Sequence record: OZ556245.1
DNA from: a phage
Strand: one strand, 5' to 3'
DNA length: 64,000 bases
This document shows, piece by piece, positions 39,533 to 49,971 of the stretch; position 1 is the stretch's first letter, and each line of letters starts with the position of its first letter. The translations under genes were made by a program, and so were the position numbers. The notes beneath the pieces were generated by a model. The model was not told the DNA's origin, ran no database searches, and saw only the letters and a program-made list of their open reading frames with translations.

Positions 39533-39548
39533 AAGGGCCGAAGCCCTT
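39533..39548 (-). terminator. GC hairpin with UUCG loop after gene 45
   Basis: aagggc-cgaa-gccctt, 3 nt from the gp45 stop. Confidence 0.4.
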
Positions 39549-39550
39549 TA

Positions 39551-40237
39551 TTAAAAGTCGTGGGTAGAATCAGCTTCAAGAGCTACTACATAATTCGCGT
39601 GTTCACCTTCAAATTTAGCAGCACCTTGTTTACCTTTTGCCCAGAGCAGAAGTTTATAATTTCCTGGTTGCATTTTCATATTTGCCATATTGATAATGAA
39701 ATTAAATGTATTTTCACCATCATAATCACCAAGAGTCAAAGAATATTTAACACGGGTCAAAGCAGAATCTTCTACTTTATTAAAACCGTTAATTACGATT
39801 TTTCCTTCTTTTACTGTGATAGCAATTGTATCAATCTGCAGACCACGAGATACACGCAACAGCTGTTGAAGGTCTTCAGCTTTAATTTCAGTAACAACAG
39901 ATGCTACCGGGAATGGAATTGGTTTATTAGGAGCAACTACTGTACTTGGATCGGCTGCTGGCCAAAAAATTGTTGAACGAGCATCAGCAATTTTAATATT
40001 TCCATCTTCTGACTGGGAAATTTCTGCATCGTCATTAACTAGGGACAGAATACCGAGAAAACCGTTCAAATCGTAAATTGCTACATCAAAATCAATAGTG
40101 TCAGAAATATTTGCTTCCGCATAAGTTGTACCATTAACTGCGCGAGTCATAATAAATTGACCAGATTTAAGCATAATACCAGAGTTAATAGTAGCGAAAT
40201 TTTTAAGCAGAGCAGTAGTATCTTTAGACAGTTTCAT
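39551..40237 (-). CDS. 45: Sliding clamp gp45
   Basis: 228 aa; synteny. Confidence 0.9.
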   Translation of the reverse strand: MKLSKDTTALLKNFATINSGIMLKSGQFIMTRAVNGTTYAEANISDTIDFDVAIYDLNGFLGILSLVNDDAEISQSEDGNIKIADARSTIFWPAADPSTVVAPNKPIPFPVASVVTEIKAEDLQQLLRVSRGLQIDTIAITVKEGKIVINGFNKVEDSALTRVKYSLTLGDYDGENTFNFIINMANMKMQPGNYKLLLWAKGKQGAAKFEGEHANYVVALEADSTHDF

Positions 40238-40261
40238 GTAATTTCCTTCAATTCAAATGAG

Positions 40262-40292
40262 ATTTAATTTTATAACTAATTTAATAAAGCAA
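40262..40292 (-). promoter_or_regulatory. Candidate MotA-dependent middle promoter for gene 45
   Basis: Minus strand TTGCTTTA (MotA box) about 12 nt upstream of TAAAAT. Confidence 0.35.
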
Positions 40293-40682
40293 TTAACGAT
40301 TAAAATCGGCAGCAATTGTTTCCGCAACAATTTGAGCAGCGACAATTAGGCGTTCATCTGCATTACCACAATAATCGTCTTCAAGGCGTTCACCGCATGA
40401 AGTCATAATAAATTTAGCACCAGCATTTAAAGATTCTGTCGTATGTTTGCGCATTAGTTCAATCCATTTATTACTTACTTCGCGATCGATAGCTTCATAA
40501 TACGCATGACGAGCAGGTGCAGATTTAATTTTGCTCTGAATAACTTCCATCGCGTTATCAGAAAGAGACAAAACCCATGCTCGACGAATTTTATTTTGGT
40601 TTTGTGGATTTGAATCAGAACGCACGTGTTTTGGCTGAATATCTTTTACATCAACAGTATAATTCACAGTAATTTTAGTCAT
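40293..40682 (-). CDS. rpbA: RNA polymerase binding protein RpbA
   Basis: 129 aa; synteny. Confidence 0.8.
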   Translation of the reverse strand: MTKITVNYTVDVKDIQPKHVRSDSNPQNQNKIRRAWVLSLSDNAMEVIQSKIKSAPARHAYYEAIDREVSNKWIELMRKHTTESLNAGAKFIMTSCGERLEDDYCGNADERLIVAAQIVAETIAADFNR

Positions 40683-40691
40683 AATACACCT

Positions 40692-40880
40692 TTAGTCATA
40701 ATAATCAGTAACAGTCCAAGCTTCATTTCTGTTGGACATTATTTTCGTATATTCTGCTTTAAATGCATTCTTAAGCATAGATTCAGTAACTATATGCTCT
40801 TCATTAGAAAAATTATTTCTCAGAATATATCGTTTTATTTCAGGAATAGTTAATAGATGCTGTCCAGTTGAATATTCCAT
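40692..40880 (-). CDS. Hypothetical protein (45.2-like)
   Basis: 62-aa ORF. Confidence 0.45.
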   Translation of the reverse strand: MEYSTGQHLLTIPEIKRYILRNNFSNEEHIVTESMLKNAFKAEYTKIMSNRNEAWTVTDYYD

Positions 40881-40935
40881 GTTTTTCCTCCATAGAGATT
40901 ATACTCTAATAAATTAAAGCATAATCTCTTATAAA

Positions 40936-42618
40936 TTAAACCATTACAGTAAATCGACCAACTTTCTTCATTTGAAGATGCTGACCATATTCTTGTGGGT
41001 CATGGTCTTTATGTGAAATTATAAAAACATTAGTATTTTTCATTGAATTTATAATATTAGCTACACCTTTAATACCTTCGGCATCAAATGACCCATCAAA
41101 CACTTCATCGAGTATTAATGTACTAATACTAACACCAGATACAATAGAAGCAATATCACGCCAAGTAAATAAAAGAGCAATATCAATTCGTGCTTTTTCA
41201 CCTTCACTAAATGAAGCATAACTAAAATCTTCACGACCACGGGATTTAATTGTCTCATTAAATTCTTCATCTAATGTAAACACATAATCCGCTTCCATTA
41301 TTTTAAGATAATGGTTAATCTGCTTATTAAATAATGGAATGTACTTTTTAATAATAGCACCTTTAATACCAGAATCTTTGAGCATATCAGTCAAAATTCC
41401 TCTGTGGTATTTTTCCATTACCAAATTAGTTTTTGTCTTAACAATTTTATCAAGTTCTTCTTGAAGCAGTGCTATTTCATCAGCATGGTCAATAAACTCA
41501 GATGATGCTTTTTCTATAGCTGCTTTAACTTTTTTAGCTTTATCTACCGTCGTGATTAGAGATTGCTTTTTATTGCGAATATCATTCGCCAACGTCTGCT
41601 GGGTTTTAATATTATCTCTGTATTCATCAACAAGAACTTTTAAATTATCACGATGTGTTGAAAGCTGTTCAAACGAATGTGTGCATTCAGAAACTTTATC
41701 TTTAATTTTAGAAACAACTTTATCACCGGAACTTAATTGTGACAAACAGGTTGGACATAATCCACCTTCGTGATACATATTAATGACTTTATTATACGAG
41801 TCAATTTTTGATTTAATTAAAAATGCTTCTTGACCGATTTTATTAAATGCATCAGTCGGGTCTTCATCCAAAACAATATTAACTAATCTTTCATTAGCTT
41901 CTTCTATTTCCGATTTTAACGTTCTAGCTTCTTTTGCCAAATCATCATACATATTCTGCAGACGAGTAAGGTTATCACCGGTTAATTTTTTCTGGCGTTC
42001 AACGTTATCATTATATATTTTAATTTGCTGGATAATACTATCTTTTTTAACATCAAGCACTTGGTTTTGTGAATTTAATTCACGTATTAGTGCTTTATTA
42101 AGCTTATCCATTTCAGCTAATGTTCCTACCTCGAGCAAGTCTTCGACGAGTTTTCTTCTTGCAGGAGTGGATAGGCCCATAAAAGGGGTATATCCAGCCG
42201 TGCCGAGTACGACGATTTGTTTGAAACTGGCATATGACATTCCGATAAGCTGTTCAAATTCTGCTTGGAAATCTTTACTGCTGGCAGATTCATTAAGACG
42301 TGTACCGTTAACGGTGATTTCGAAAACATTCGGTTTTTGTCCTCTTTTGATATAGTACTTTTTCTCATCATATTCCATCCACAGTTCAACTAAAAGTTCT
42401 TTCTTATTTGTGCTGTTTATTAATTGACCTTTCTTTACATCACGAAATGGCTTGCCAAAAAGCCCAAATGTGATGGCTTCTAACATAGTAGACTTACCAC
42501 CGCCATTTCGTCCAGTAATAAGAGTTTTTTGAACCTTATCTAGTTGAATGTCAATAGGATTTCCACCTACTGACATTATATTTTGATACCTAACTCGGTT
42601 TAGTTTAAAATTCTTCAC
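40936..42618 (-). CDS. 46: Recombination nuclease subunit gp46 (Rad50/SbcC-like)
   Basis: 560 aa; Walker A GRNGGGKST, central coiled coil, CPTC zinc hook; start codon at 42618 is GTG. Confidence 0.9.
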   Translation of the reverse strand: MKNFKLNRVRYQNIMSVGGNPIDIQLDKVQKTLITGRNGGGKSTMLEAITFGLFGKPFRDVKKGQLINSTNKKELLVELWMEYDEKKYYIKRGQKPNVFEITVNGTRLNESASSKDFQAEFEQLIGMSYASFKQIVVLGTAGYTPFMGLSTPARRKLVEDLLEVGTLAEMDKLNKALIRELNSQNQVLDVKKDSIIQQIKIYNDNVERQKKLTGDNLTRLQNMYDDLAKEARTLKSEIEEANERLVNIVLDEDPTDAFNKIGQEAFLIKSKIDSYNKVINMYHEGGLCPTCLSQLSSGDKVVSKIKDKVSECTHSFEQLSTHRDNLKVLVDEYRDNIKTQQTLANDIRNKKQSLITTVDKAKKVKAAIEKASSEFIDHADEIALLQEELDKIVKTKTNLVMEKYHRGILTDMLKDSGIKGAIIKKYIPLFNKQINHYLKIMEADYVFTLDEEFNETIKSRGREDFSYASFSEGEKARIDIALLFTWRDIASIVSGVSISTLILDEVFDGSFDAEGIKGVANIINSMKNTNVFIISHKDHDPQEYGQHLQMKKVGRFTVMV

Positions 42619-42878
42619 AAAAGATTCCTTTTAATGTATCTTTTAGACCATTCTATCATATCATCATAATCTAAAAAGTATTCATCAAATTCAGCCATGC
42701 AAACAACACCTTGCGCTGCTTTTGATGTGATATAAATTATTCCAACATATCTAGAATCTTCTTCGGTGTAATCAATATTTGCTACGAATTCATCGTTAAT
42801 GTCAAATGTCGAAAACTTCACAGTATGCATCCTTAATACAAGATACAGCCATATCTTGTAATGATTTAGGTGTGTCAT
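42615..42878 (-). CDS. Hypothetical protein (46.1-like)
   Basis: 87-aa ORF. Confidence 0.35.
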   Translation of the reverse strand: MTHLNHYKIWLYLVLRMHTVKFSTFDINDEFVANIDYTEEDSRYVGIIYITSKAAQGVVCMAEFDEYFLDYDDMIEWSKRYIKRNLL

Positions 42879-43065
42879 TATCTAAAATGTTGAAGTTAAA
42901 AGATACAGCCCAGTCAGTGCAGACCGTAACCTTTTTAATACAATTATCTTCAACCTCTAGCGGTTCAAACCAATATTCAATAATTTCTTTATGCCCAATA
43001 TCATCTTTTACTTCGCATTCAAAATGCTGACTCATCATAACATTTTTAAATTCATCAAAAGTCAT
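42802..43065 (-). CDS. Hypothetical protein (46.2-like)
   Basis: 87-aa ORF. Confidence 0.35.
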   Translation of the reverse strand: MTFDEFKNVMMSQHFECEVKDDIGHKEIIEYWFEPLEVEDNCIKKVTVCTDWAVSFNFNILDNDTPKSLQDMAVSCIKDAYCEVFDI

Positions 43066-44081
43066 TGTGTTGCCTCTACATATAACTGGTTTGCATATTG
43101 AATAAGTGCTTCGCGATCAGAATCAGTGATGTCTGGAATTGCATTAATGTATTCTTCCATTAACGTCTGAAGTGATTGAACTTCAACTTCTTCACTATCA
43201 TCTGACTCGACAGAGTTATCAATCTTTGACACAACTCGTAATGAATGCACAACTTTTTCTAGTTCAGATTCGAACTTCGTTAGATTTTTGTCTACTTCAG
43301 TTACTATAACACGCACTGATAGATTTGTAAAATCTTTATAGTCAATTTTTCCCTTAAATGGATATTGAATTCGACGATGCCAGGTAGTGTTGTTTGGAAT
43401 AAATTCCATTCGTTCTGTTTCTGTATCAAACATCCAGAACCCACGAGGGTCATTCTCGTCACCCGCAGTTAGTGTCCATGGTGTCCCAATATATCTGACG
43501 TTAGCAGCCTCAGAGATAGTATGGAAGTGACCAGACCACACCTCTTTATAAGTCTTAAGGAAATCAGGTTCAAGACCGTGAGATTTCATTCCTTTATAAA
43601 AATAAAATCCATTCAGTTCCCAGTGACCAACACAAAAAGAAGCAGATGAAGTTTTAATATGTTCAAGAATTTCACCAGTATTTTCTTCACACATCCAAGG
43701 AATTAAATCAATCAAACATCCGTCAAAATCTACTGTAGTAGGCTTATCATATACTTTAACATTAGGATATTTAGCCAAAAGCTCAGTAGAAGCATTTGGA
43801 GTTAAAGTATTTTTAAAGTGCATATCATGGTTTCCTACGACAGTATGTAGGGTAATACCAGCATCATCAAGCATTTGAACTATTTCACGAGCGAACTCCA
43901 TAGTTTTATGCGTAATTGCTTTTCGCACATCAAAAATATCGCCGTATTGAATCCATGTAGTAATTCCGTTTTTCTTAGAATATTCTATTGCTTGTTTAAT
44001 TCCATCCAACTGAATGGATTGAACCCATTCATCGTCGGCTTTAACACCTAAATGCCAATCACCTAAATTTAAAATTTTCAT
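43062..44081 (-). CDS. 47: Recombination nuclease subunit gp47 (Mre11/SbcD-like)
   Basis: 339 aa; phosphoesterase motifs GDWHLG and GNHD. Confidence 0.9.
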   Translation of the reverse strand: MKILNLGDWHLGVKADDEWVQSIQLDGIKQAIEYSKKNGITTWIQYGDIFDVRKAITHKTMEFAREIVQMLDDAGITLHTVVGNHDMHFKNTLTPNASTELLAKYPNVKVYDKPTTVDFDGCLIDLIPWMCEENTGEILEHIKTSSASFCVGHWELNGFYFYKGMKSHGLEPDFLKTYKEVWSGHFHTISEAANVRYIGTPWTLTAGDENDPRGFWMFDTETERMEFIPNNTTWHRRIQYPFKGKIDYKDFTNLSVRVIVTEVDKNLTKFESELEKVVHSLRVVSKIDNSVESDDSEEVEVQSLQTLMEEYINAIPDITDSDREALIQYANQLYVEATQ

Positions 44082-44241
44082 ATATCAAGAACCGTCATTG
44101 AAATGCAAAATAAAATTATTGAAATAAATCCATCTGGAGTGCTAAAGAACCCAATCCAACATGCTCTAGTGAATAGATAAAACGCGAGAAAAAGTACCAC
44201 ATATCCAAGAAATATCATTATATCAAACTCCGTATAAAGCT

Positions 44242-44259
44242 AAAGGGCCGAAGCCCTTT
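44242..44259 (-). terminator. GC hairpin with UUCG loop overlapping the alpha-gt stop
   Basis: aaagggc-cgaa-gcccttt, 7-bp stem. Confidence 0.4.
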
Positions 44260-45460
44260 ATTTTGTAATAATGTCAAACTGTTCTTTAAAGCAGAAGCTT
44301 GAATCTTGATGCTGATACAAAAATTCATAAGCTTTTTCGCGTTCACGGTCATAAAGAGCTCGGTCAGATGACAGTTCTTTAATACGTTCAAATGTTGATT
44401 CCATGTCATTTTCATCAAACCAAACGATACCGCTATCATGAGAAATTAACGGAGTATTATCAACACGGAATTTTAAATTTTCGCCAGTAGATTTCCAAAA
44501 TACCGGAATTGTTCCACACGCACCAAGCTCGAGATGAGTATATTCTAAAGAACGTTGTAGATATTTTTTATCCAACTTACTCAGCTGATAACCAAATCCG
44601 GATTTACTCATGCGTTCAAGCATTTCGCTATTTACATAACGGTCGAGAATTTGCGTCGGCAAATTAGGAGCAATTTTAATTTGGTCTACTTGATGAAGAC
44701 GATAATATTCGTATGGAATTCCTTTTTCTTTAATAGGAATGAACGCTGGAGAACGTTCCAGACCTTCCATAATAGTACTTAATCCCGCAGGTTTAAGATG
44801 TTTTTCGTGAAAATCAAACATCTGATAAAAACCTTTCCATGTAGTCGTACGACCGATCCAACGGTTGACATTCATATTAATTTCAGAAACATCTTTCCAG
44901 TAGGTTGATCGAACCTTCGCAATATCCATAGGAGGCTGAAAGTTGTATACAGTCGGTGCTTCTTCAATATCATCAAACAGAGAAACTGTTTCTGGATACC
45001 ATTCTTTCATCAAAACTTTATTAAAATCGCCATTATCAGAATGACTAAAAATAACATCAGCTCGACGAACAGTTTCTTCTAATCCCAAATTTCGGCGCAA
45101 AGAAAGAGAAGAATGGTCATGTTGATAAACTACAACACGAACCGAAGGTTTAATGTTATCAATAATTTTTTTATAGTTATTAATAGTGTCTTCTTCGACT
45201 GAAGTAGCAGGAACTGAATTGATAATTAGAATATCACAATCATTTACCAGCTTAAGTGTTTTATCGTATTCTTTTGCCAATAAAACCGGAATTGAAAATG
45301 ATTTATAATCATGCGCACAATTACGGGTAAATGATTTATCTTTAGCATAAACCAAAGTTACTTCATGACCATTTTTAATAAACCAATCACGTTGCTCGAG
45401 AGAAAATTTAGTTACGCCGCAACCTTCAAGACCTCGAGCCATAAAAATGCATACTTTCAT
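44258..45460 (-). CDS. agt: DNA alpha-glucosyltransferase
   Basis: 400 aa, T4 alpha-gt length; position between 47 and 55. Confidence 0.8.
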   Translation of the reverse strand: MKVCIFMARGLEGCGVTKFSLEQRDWFIKNGHEVTLVYAKDKSFTRNCAHDYKSFSIPVLLAKEYDKTLKLVNDCDILIINSVPATSVEEDTINNYKKIIDNIKPSVRVVVYQHDHSSLSLRRNLGLEETVRRADVIFSHSDNGDFNKVLMKEWYPETVSLFDDIEEAPTVYNFQPPMDIAKVRSTYWKDVSEINMNVNRWIGRTTTWKGFYQMFDFHEKHLKPAGLSTIMEGLERSPAFIPIKEKGIPYEYYRLHQVDQIKIAPNLPTQILDRYVNSEMLERMSKSGFGYQLSKLDKKYLQRSLEYTHLELGACGTIPVFWKSTGENLKFRVDNTPLISHDSGIVWFDENDMESTFERIKELSSDRALYDREREKAYEFLYQHQDSSFCFKEQFDIITK

Positions 45461-45510
45461 TTAATATCCTCATTGTTTTGGTTTATTTTACCAAAAATTT
45501 ATAAAGCAAT

Positions 45511-45530
45511 ATAGGAGCCGAAGCTCCTAT
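45511..45530 (-). terminator. GC hairpin with UUCG loop
   Basis: ataggagc-cgaa-gctcctat, 8-bp stem. Confidence 0.35.
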
Positions 45531-45700
45531 CCGCATAATACACCATACAGAGGCTCATTAGAGCTTCTAAATTTTATACGCTTATATGTTATAGTTCCTT
45601 CTGCTTTAGCTTTATCATGAGACTCTTTAAAGCGTCTCATCATTTCTGCTTTAGAGGAACGAATTTTATTATAATCTATTTCAGAAGTCTGGGTGTTCAT
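45527..45700 (-). CDS. Small hypothetical basic protein
   Basis: 57 codons by hand translation MNTQTSEIDYNKIRSSKAEMMRRFKESHDKAK... Confidence 0.3.
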   Translation of the reverse strand: MNTQTSEIDYNKIRSSKAEMMRRFKESHDKAKAEGTITYKRIKFRSSNEPLYGVLCG

Positions 45701-45703
45701 CTT

Positions 45704-45910
45704 TCACAGTTGCCACCATTTTTTGACTTGATAGGAATCAACCCACACTTTCATATTAGGGTCTGCTCTTACAATAGGAGGATTAACTTCTTTAATTGAA
45801 CTATCATGGTATTCTTTTTCAGAAATTTTCACACAAAGATGACCGTTCAAAGATTCAGTAAATCCTGCATTAATTTTAAGACGCTTGAATTTTACGTTTG
45901 TAAGCATCAA
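45704..45910 (-). CDS. Hypothetical protein
   Basis: 68-aa ORF. Confidence 0.35.
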   Translation of the reverse strand: MMLTNVKFKRLKINAGFTESLNGHLCVKISEKEYHDSSIKEVNPPIVRADPNMKVWVDSYQVKKWWQL

Positions 45911-46193
45911 TCATATCCTCAATCTGCGATCTAGTAGTCTTCCAAAGAATACTAATGAGTTCATCGTTATATGGCTGTTTTAGAATATCCCGACTTTTCT
46001 TGATAGCATATTCGTATTGAGCAAAATTATTGTTTTCAGCTGCAATCTGAGCGTGCTTATAAAGACGGTTCAGTTCGCGTTTGTTTTTAGACAATAACTT
46101 ATTTGCTTTTCTTTCTGCTTCAAGACGGTTCTTTTCTTCAATAGAAGAAATAAGCTTTTCCACTTCATCATTAATTTCGGGTTTATCAGTCAT
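45876..46193 (-). CDS. Hypothetical coiled-coil protein
   Basis: 105-aa ORF. Confidence 0.4.
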   Translation of the reverse strand: MTDKPEINDEVEKLISSIEEKNRLEAERKANKLLSKNKRELNRLYKHAQIAAENNNFAQYEYAIKKSRDILKQPYNDELISILWKTTRSQIEDMIDAYKRKIQAS

Positions 46194-46194
46194 A

Positions 46195-46413
46195 TTATTT
46201 CTCTAATATAAAATAAAAATCATCATCTGTTAAATGATACCGATAGTTTAATTCTACACCATTAGATTTAAAAGCGGTATCATACGGATTTTCTGGATCA
46301 ATATCAATGTCAAGAGCTAAAACTTCCCTGAGATACATTTTAAGTAAATAGGGAATAGCTTCAACTTCAGGTATTTCTTCCAAGAATCCGGAGAGGTTAA
46401 TCGTTAGCCTCAT
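46195..46413 (-). CDS. Hypothetical protein
   Basis: 72-aa ORF coupled to gene 55. Confidence 0.4.
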
Positions 46414-46954
46414 ATAAAAAATCCAAACTAGGAGAATCGTCTACAACACTTTTCTTTTCAGCCCCCGGTGTTCTATAGGTTGATTCTTCGTAATGCGTCA
46501 TTTTATCGTAGATGTCTTGAATAAAAGTTTCATCTACTAACGCAACCATATCGTCGTCACGACTGTCATAGACATTGTGAACGAAGTAACTGTATTTCTT
46601 TGCAACTTCCTTACGTTCTTTTTTAATACGTTGGACGAATGCATTAAAACAAGCTTGAGTTATATATGCATGCGGGTTTTTATATTTCGTTTCATCAAAA
46701 TTATGAAGCCCCTTAATAGAAGCTTCTATACCATCTGCAATCATTTCTTGTTTCCAGGATTGGGTGTATCCTGAAAAGTTGAAACGTTTAGATAAGCCTT
46801 CTGCAATAAGCATAATGGCTAATCCGATAGTATCATTCTGACGAACTACTTTATTTGGGTCTTTATTATTTGCTAATTCTGTTTTCCAATCAATAATAGC
46901 TTGTAAAAGCTCTTTATTGTTTACGTAATTATATTTAGGCTTAGTTTCTGACAT
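46397..46954 (-). CDS. 55: Late-transcription sigma factor gp55
   Basis: ORF-track start is GTG; ATG at 46954 gives 185 aa ([17 protein letters not shown]...), T4 gp55 length. Confidence 0.85.
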
Positions 46955-47032
46955 TTTCACCTCTTAGCTCAATTCATAGATCTATTATATCATAATATTT
47001 GAAGATCTATCTTAAAGCATAGAGGATATCAG

Positions 47033-47302
47033 TTATCTAAGTAAGCAGTATGCTTGGAACACTTTCTCCATCATCTTTTTAAATTCATGAATATCTATGT
47101 AATGACTAGTTAAATCAGCGTGATATAAAAAGTCTAAAAACTTTTCATGCGTGCTAACATATTCGCTTTCATTTAATTCAGAAACATGGCTTTCCCAATA
47201 TCCAACACCAGTCTTATTTGGGAAAAATGAAATTTTCATGTATTGATCAACATAGAAAATGCCATAATTTTCAATAGTAATAGAAATATTAATAAATTTC
47301 AT
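47033..47302 (-). CDS. Hypothetical protein
   Basis: 89-aa ORF. Confidence 0.35.
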   Translation of the reverse strand: MKFINISITIENYGIFYVDQYMKISFFPNKTGVGYWESHVSELNESEYVSTHEKFLDFLYHADLTSHYIDIHEFKKMMEKVFQAYCLLR

Positions 47303-47520
47303 GCATTCATCAACTTAGCCGCTTCAAGAGCTGCATCTAGTGAATCAAACTGGTCAACATATTCAATCAATTCGCCGTAATTAGCGTATAACCACCATTG
47401 GCTAAATTCATACTCAAGGATGAATCCATTTCCTTCAATTTGAGTTAAACCAATGCCATTTGTATTTACTTCATATCCGGCAAGACGTAAATCGTTAATA
47501 AGAGCTTCGTTCATATTCAT
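47299..47520 (-). CDS. Hypothetical protein
   Basis: 73-aa ORF. Confidence 0.35.
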   Translation of the reverse strand: MNMNEALINDLRLAGYEVNTNGIGLTQIEGNGFILEYEFSQWWLYANYGELIEYVDQFDSLDAALEAAKLMNA

Positions 47521-47843
47521 ACCTTAGCAATTTTCAGGTCAGCAAATTTTTTCTTGCGTTGATTTTTCATACGACGAATAGTTTTATCGGAAATTTCATG
47601 CTTTTGATAAGCTTTAGATTCTACACCAAAAGCTTTAACATCAAATTCTGACAAGATATATTGAACCAACAATTCGCGGACAGTATTGCGTCCAATCTTC
47701 TGATCGTTTTGTTTCATCGTCTGATGAAGCTCTTTTTCCCATTTATCCAAAATTTGAGGAGTTACAATATCGCCTTTTTCTAGCAAAGAAACCACTTTAT
47801 CATATGCGTAAGAATTGATGGCGTTTTTAATTTGAATAGTCAT
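47517..47843 (-). CDS. Hypothetical protein
   Basis: 108-aa ORF. Confidence 0.4.
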   Translation of the reverse strand: MTIQIKNAINSYAYDKVVSLLEKGDIVTPQILDKWEKELHQTMKQNDQKIGRNTVRELLVQYILSEFDVKAFGVESKAYQKHEISDKTIRRMKNQRKKKFADLKIAKV

Positions 47844-47878
47844 ACATTATCCTCAATTGCGTTAAAATTTTATTATCC

Positions 47879-47897
47879 AAAAAGGGCCGAAGCCCTT
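47879..47897 (-). terminator. Rho-independent terminator
   Basis: aagggc-cgaa-gccctt followed by U5 on the minus strand. Confidence 0.55.
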
Positions 47898-48096
47898 AGC
47901 TAAACTGTTTGGCGCCCTTCCAGCCTTCGTACATCATTGCGGCTGATATTAATATTGCTCCTGAGCAACTTGAATATTTGTGATTCCAAAACCAGTTTAG
48001 AAAAACTTCGTCATCAATACCTTGAGCTATCATATTTTCAAAGAACTGACGACGAGCTTCAGCAATTCGTTGCGATAATTTAGATTCAGGATTCAT
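47896..48096 (-). CDS. Hypothetical protein
   Basis: 66-aa ORF. Confidence 0.35.
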   Translation of the reverse strand: MNPESKLSQRIAEARRQFFENMIAQGIDDEVFLNWFWNHKYSSCSGAILISAAMMYEGWKGAKQFS

Positions 48097-48312
48097 TTAA
48101 ATTTTCCAGTTACCATTTTCATCAATAAATTTAATCCAGTCATTTACTGACCACTTGGTCGTATCGCCTTTTGGAGCAACATTTAAAGTGTATAATCCTT
48201 GTTTAAAAAGCATGCGTTTGATATTCATATTTTCCTCAGCTGTAACGATAGCACTCGTTTGATTTACGCTTAGCAACTCGTTGAGAAGTATTGTAATCAA
48301 AATCATCGTCAA
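48097..48312 (-). CDS. Hypothetical protein
   Basis: 71-aa ORF. Confidence 0.35.
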   Translation of the reverse strand: MTMILITILLNELLSVNQTSAIVTAEENMNIKRMLFKQGLYTLNVAPKGDTTKWSVNDWIKFIDENGNWKI

Positions 48313-48574
48313 TGTAAACTGATTTTTTCAACTTTCTTACTTCACCACGTAATTGGCGATTTAACTCATCTTTAACTTCTGAATCAATGCCTTTCATTCT
48401 ACGCCATTTATCAGAGCGAAAAATGTTTTCGACCATATCTTTATGACTTACACCATCAGGAGCTTTACGCTTTCCAAAATAGTCATAATCACGCACTTTT
48501 AAATCTTTACGACGATACGTTTTACCCATGGAGTTTAATTTCCTTAGCAACTGAACTAAATACAGCACGATCAC
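48236..48574 (-). CDS. Hypothetical basic protein (start uncertain)
   Basis: 112-aa ORF overlapping its neighbour. Confidence 0.3.
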   Translation of the reverse strand: MIVLYLVQLLRKLNSMGKTYRRKDLKVRDYDYFGKRKAPDGVSHKDMVENIFRSDKWRRMKGIDSEVKDELNRQLRGEVRKLKKSVYIDDDFDYNTSQRVAKRKSNECYRYS

Positions 48575-48704
48575 AAATCATCTGTTTATGTAACTTGAGT
48601 ATAAGATAATAAACTTCAAAGCCGTTTACATAAGTAACACGAACAACATTACCATTAATAAAATAATACTGTCCCTTTTTAATTTCTTTATCAACCACAA
48701 CCAT
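48522..48704 (-). CDS. Hypothetical protein
   Basis: 60-aa ORF downstream of the promoter at 48734-48764. Confidence 0.35.
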   Translation of the reverse strand: MVVVDKEIKKGQYYFINGNVVRVTYVNGFEVYYLILKLHKQMICDRAVFSSVAKEIKLHG

Positions 48705-48733
48705 ATCAATTCCTCAAAGGCAATTCATGTGTT

Positions 48734-48764
48734 AATAATACCACAGTTTGAACTTCTTGTAAAC
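48734..48764 (-). promoter_or_regulatory. T4-type early promoter
   Basis: Minus strand GTTTACA - spacer - TATTATTA. Confidence 0.5.
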
Positions 48765-48843
48765 AACTTTGTGAAAATTATTTTAGGGAATGATAAGAAG
48801 GGAACGATAGTTAGAATGGTAATATACAGAATGTGAGAAAGAA

Positions 48844-48857
48844 AGGCCCAGAGGGCC
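48844..48857 (-). terminator. GC hairpin after the nrdH-like gene
   Basis: ggccc-aga-gggcc. Confidence 0.3.
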
Positions 48858-48861
48858 CATC

Positions 48862-49170
48862 TTAGTCTTCTATGATATCTCTATCATATCCAAGTGAAAT
48901 GAGAGTTTCTTTGAACTGTTTAATGTTCTTTTGTCTAGAATCATTAATGAAAATGACTGGATACCGAATGTTAAGAGATGTGAATCCAGCACGTTTAGCA
49001 AGAGATACAATCAGTGGACGATCATACTCAATCTTACCATTATTTGTAAGAACTTTATAGAAAGTAAAAGGAGCATTGAGCTCCTTTAAAAGTTTTGTAA
49101 CTGATTGACATCCAGGACAACGACCTACTTCATCTGGAATTCCATAGACTTCAATCTTGTTCTGTTTCAC
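48862..49170 (-). CDS. nrdH: Glutaredoxin-like protein NrdH
   Basis: 102 aa with CPGC redox motif; adjacent to nrdG/nrdD. Confidence 0.6.
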   Translation of the reverse strand: MKQNKIEVYGIPDEVGRCPGCQSVTKLLKELNAPFTFYKVLTNNGKIEYDRPLIVSLAKRAGFTSLNIRYPVIFINDSRQKNIKQFKETLISLGYDRDIIED

Positions 49171-49172
49171 AA

Positions 49173-49385
49173 CTATTCCTTACTAAGAGCAGCATTCAGT
49201 TTATTAGTAATTTTATCCAGACGCTCATTGAACTCGCTAGAAGACAGTCCTTTTTCTGGAGAAATCAAACTAATCACGAAAAATATAGCAATAAAAGGAA
49301 TAAGAAAAATAGCACCAACTGCCATAAACAAAAAGAACGTTACAGTTGTAAGAAAATCAGCTAAACCTTTACGAAATTTATACAT
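49173..49385 (-). CDS. Small membrane protein
   Basis: 70 aa with one long hydrophobic segment. Confidence 0.4.
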   Translation of the reverse strand: MYKFRKGLADFLTTVTFFLFMAVGAIFLIPFIAIFFVISLISPEKGLSSSEFNERLDKITNKLNAALSKE

Positions 49386-49500
49386 ATTTTATCCTTAATT
49401 GATTAACCAAGCATTGATAAGCACTAAACTATATTGTGAATAAAATTCTGGACCAAAATGAAAAATCATATCATTTATAGTGTCCATAATATAATTCAAT

Positions 49501-49971
49501 TTAATCATGTTTCCACACCCCATCGGTATTTGACCAAAGTCGCTGATTATCTGATCCTCGCCACAGCTTTTTGGTCGGAAGATTTTTCTCATACTTCCCA
49601 TCAATAATAACATCAACATATTTAAGCATTTCTAGTTGTTTAATATCCTCAAACTTATATCCTGTCCACAACCAAATGCTTTTATTTGGATAAAGATTTT
49701 TTACTGTTTGAACAATGCAATGAATAACATCTCGGTTATCAGGATAGAGAGGGTCTCCTCCAGTTATAGTCAATCCTTCTATATAATCATTATTCAAACA
49801 TTCAATTAATTGTTCCAGTGTTTCACCAGTGAATGGAACGCCATTTCTAGCATTCCATGTTGATTTATTATAACACCCTTCGCATTTATGCAAACAACCT
49901 GTAACGAAAAGAACGACCCTGCATCCAGGGCCATTCACAAAATCACAAGGATAAAATCTATCATAATTCAT
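49501..49971 (-). CDS. nrdG: Anaerobic ribonucleotide reductase activating protein NrdG (radical SAM)
   Basis: 156 aa; cysteine cluster CDFVNGPGCR...GCLHKCEGC; overlaps nrdD stop. Confidence 0.85.
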   Translation of the reverse strand: MNYDRFYPCDFVNGPGCRVVLFVTGCLHKCEGCYNKSTWNARNGVPFTGETLEQLIECLNNDYIEGLTITGGDPLYPDNRDVIHCIVQTVKNLYPNKSIWLWTGYKFEDIKQLEMLKYVDVIIDGKYEKNLPTKKLWRGSDNQRLWSNTDGVWKHD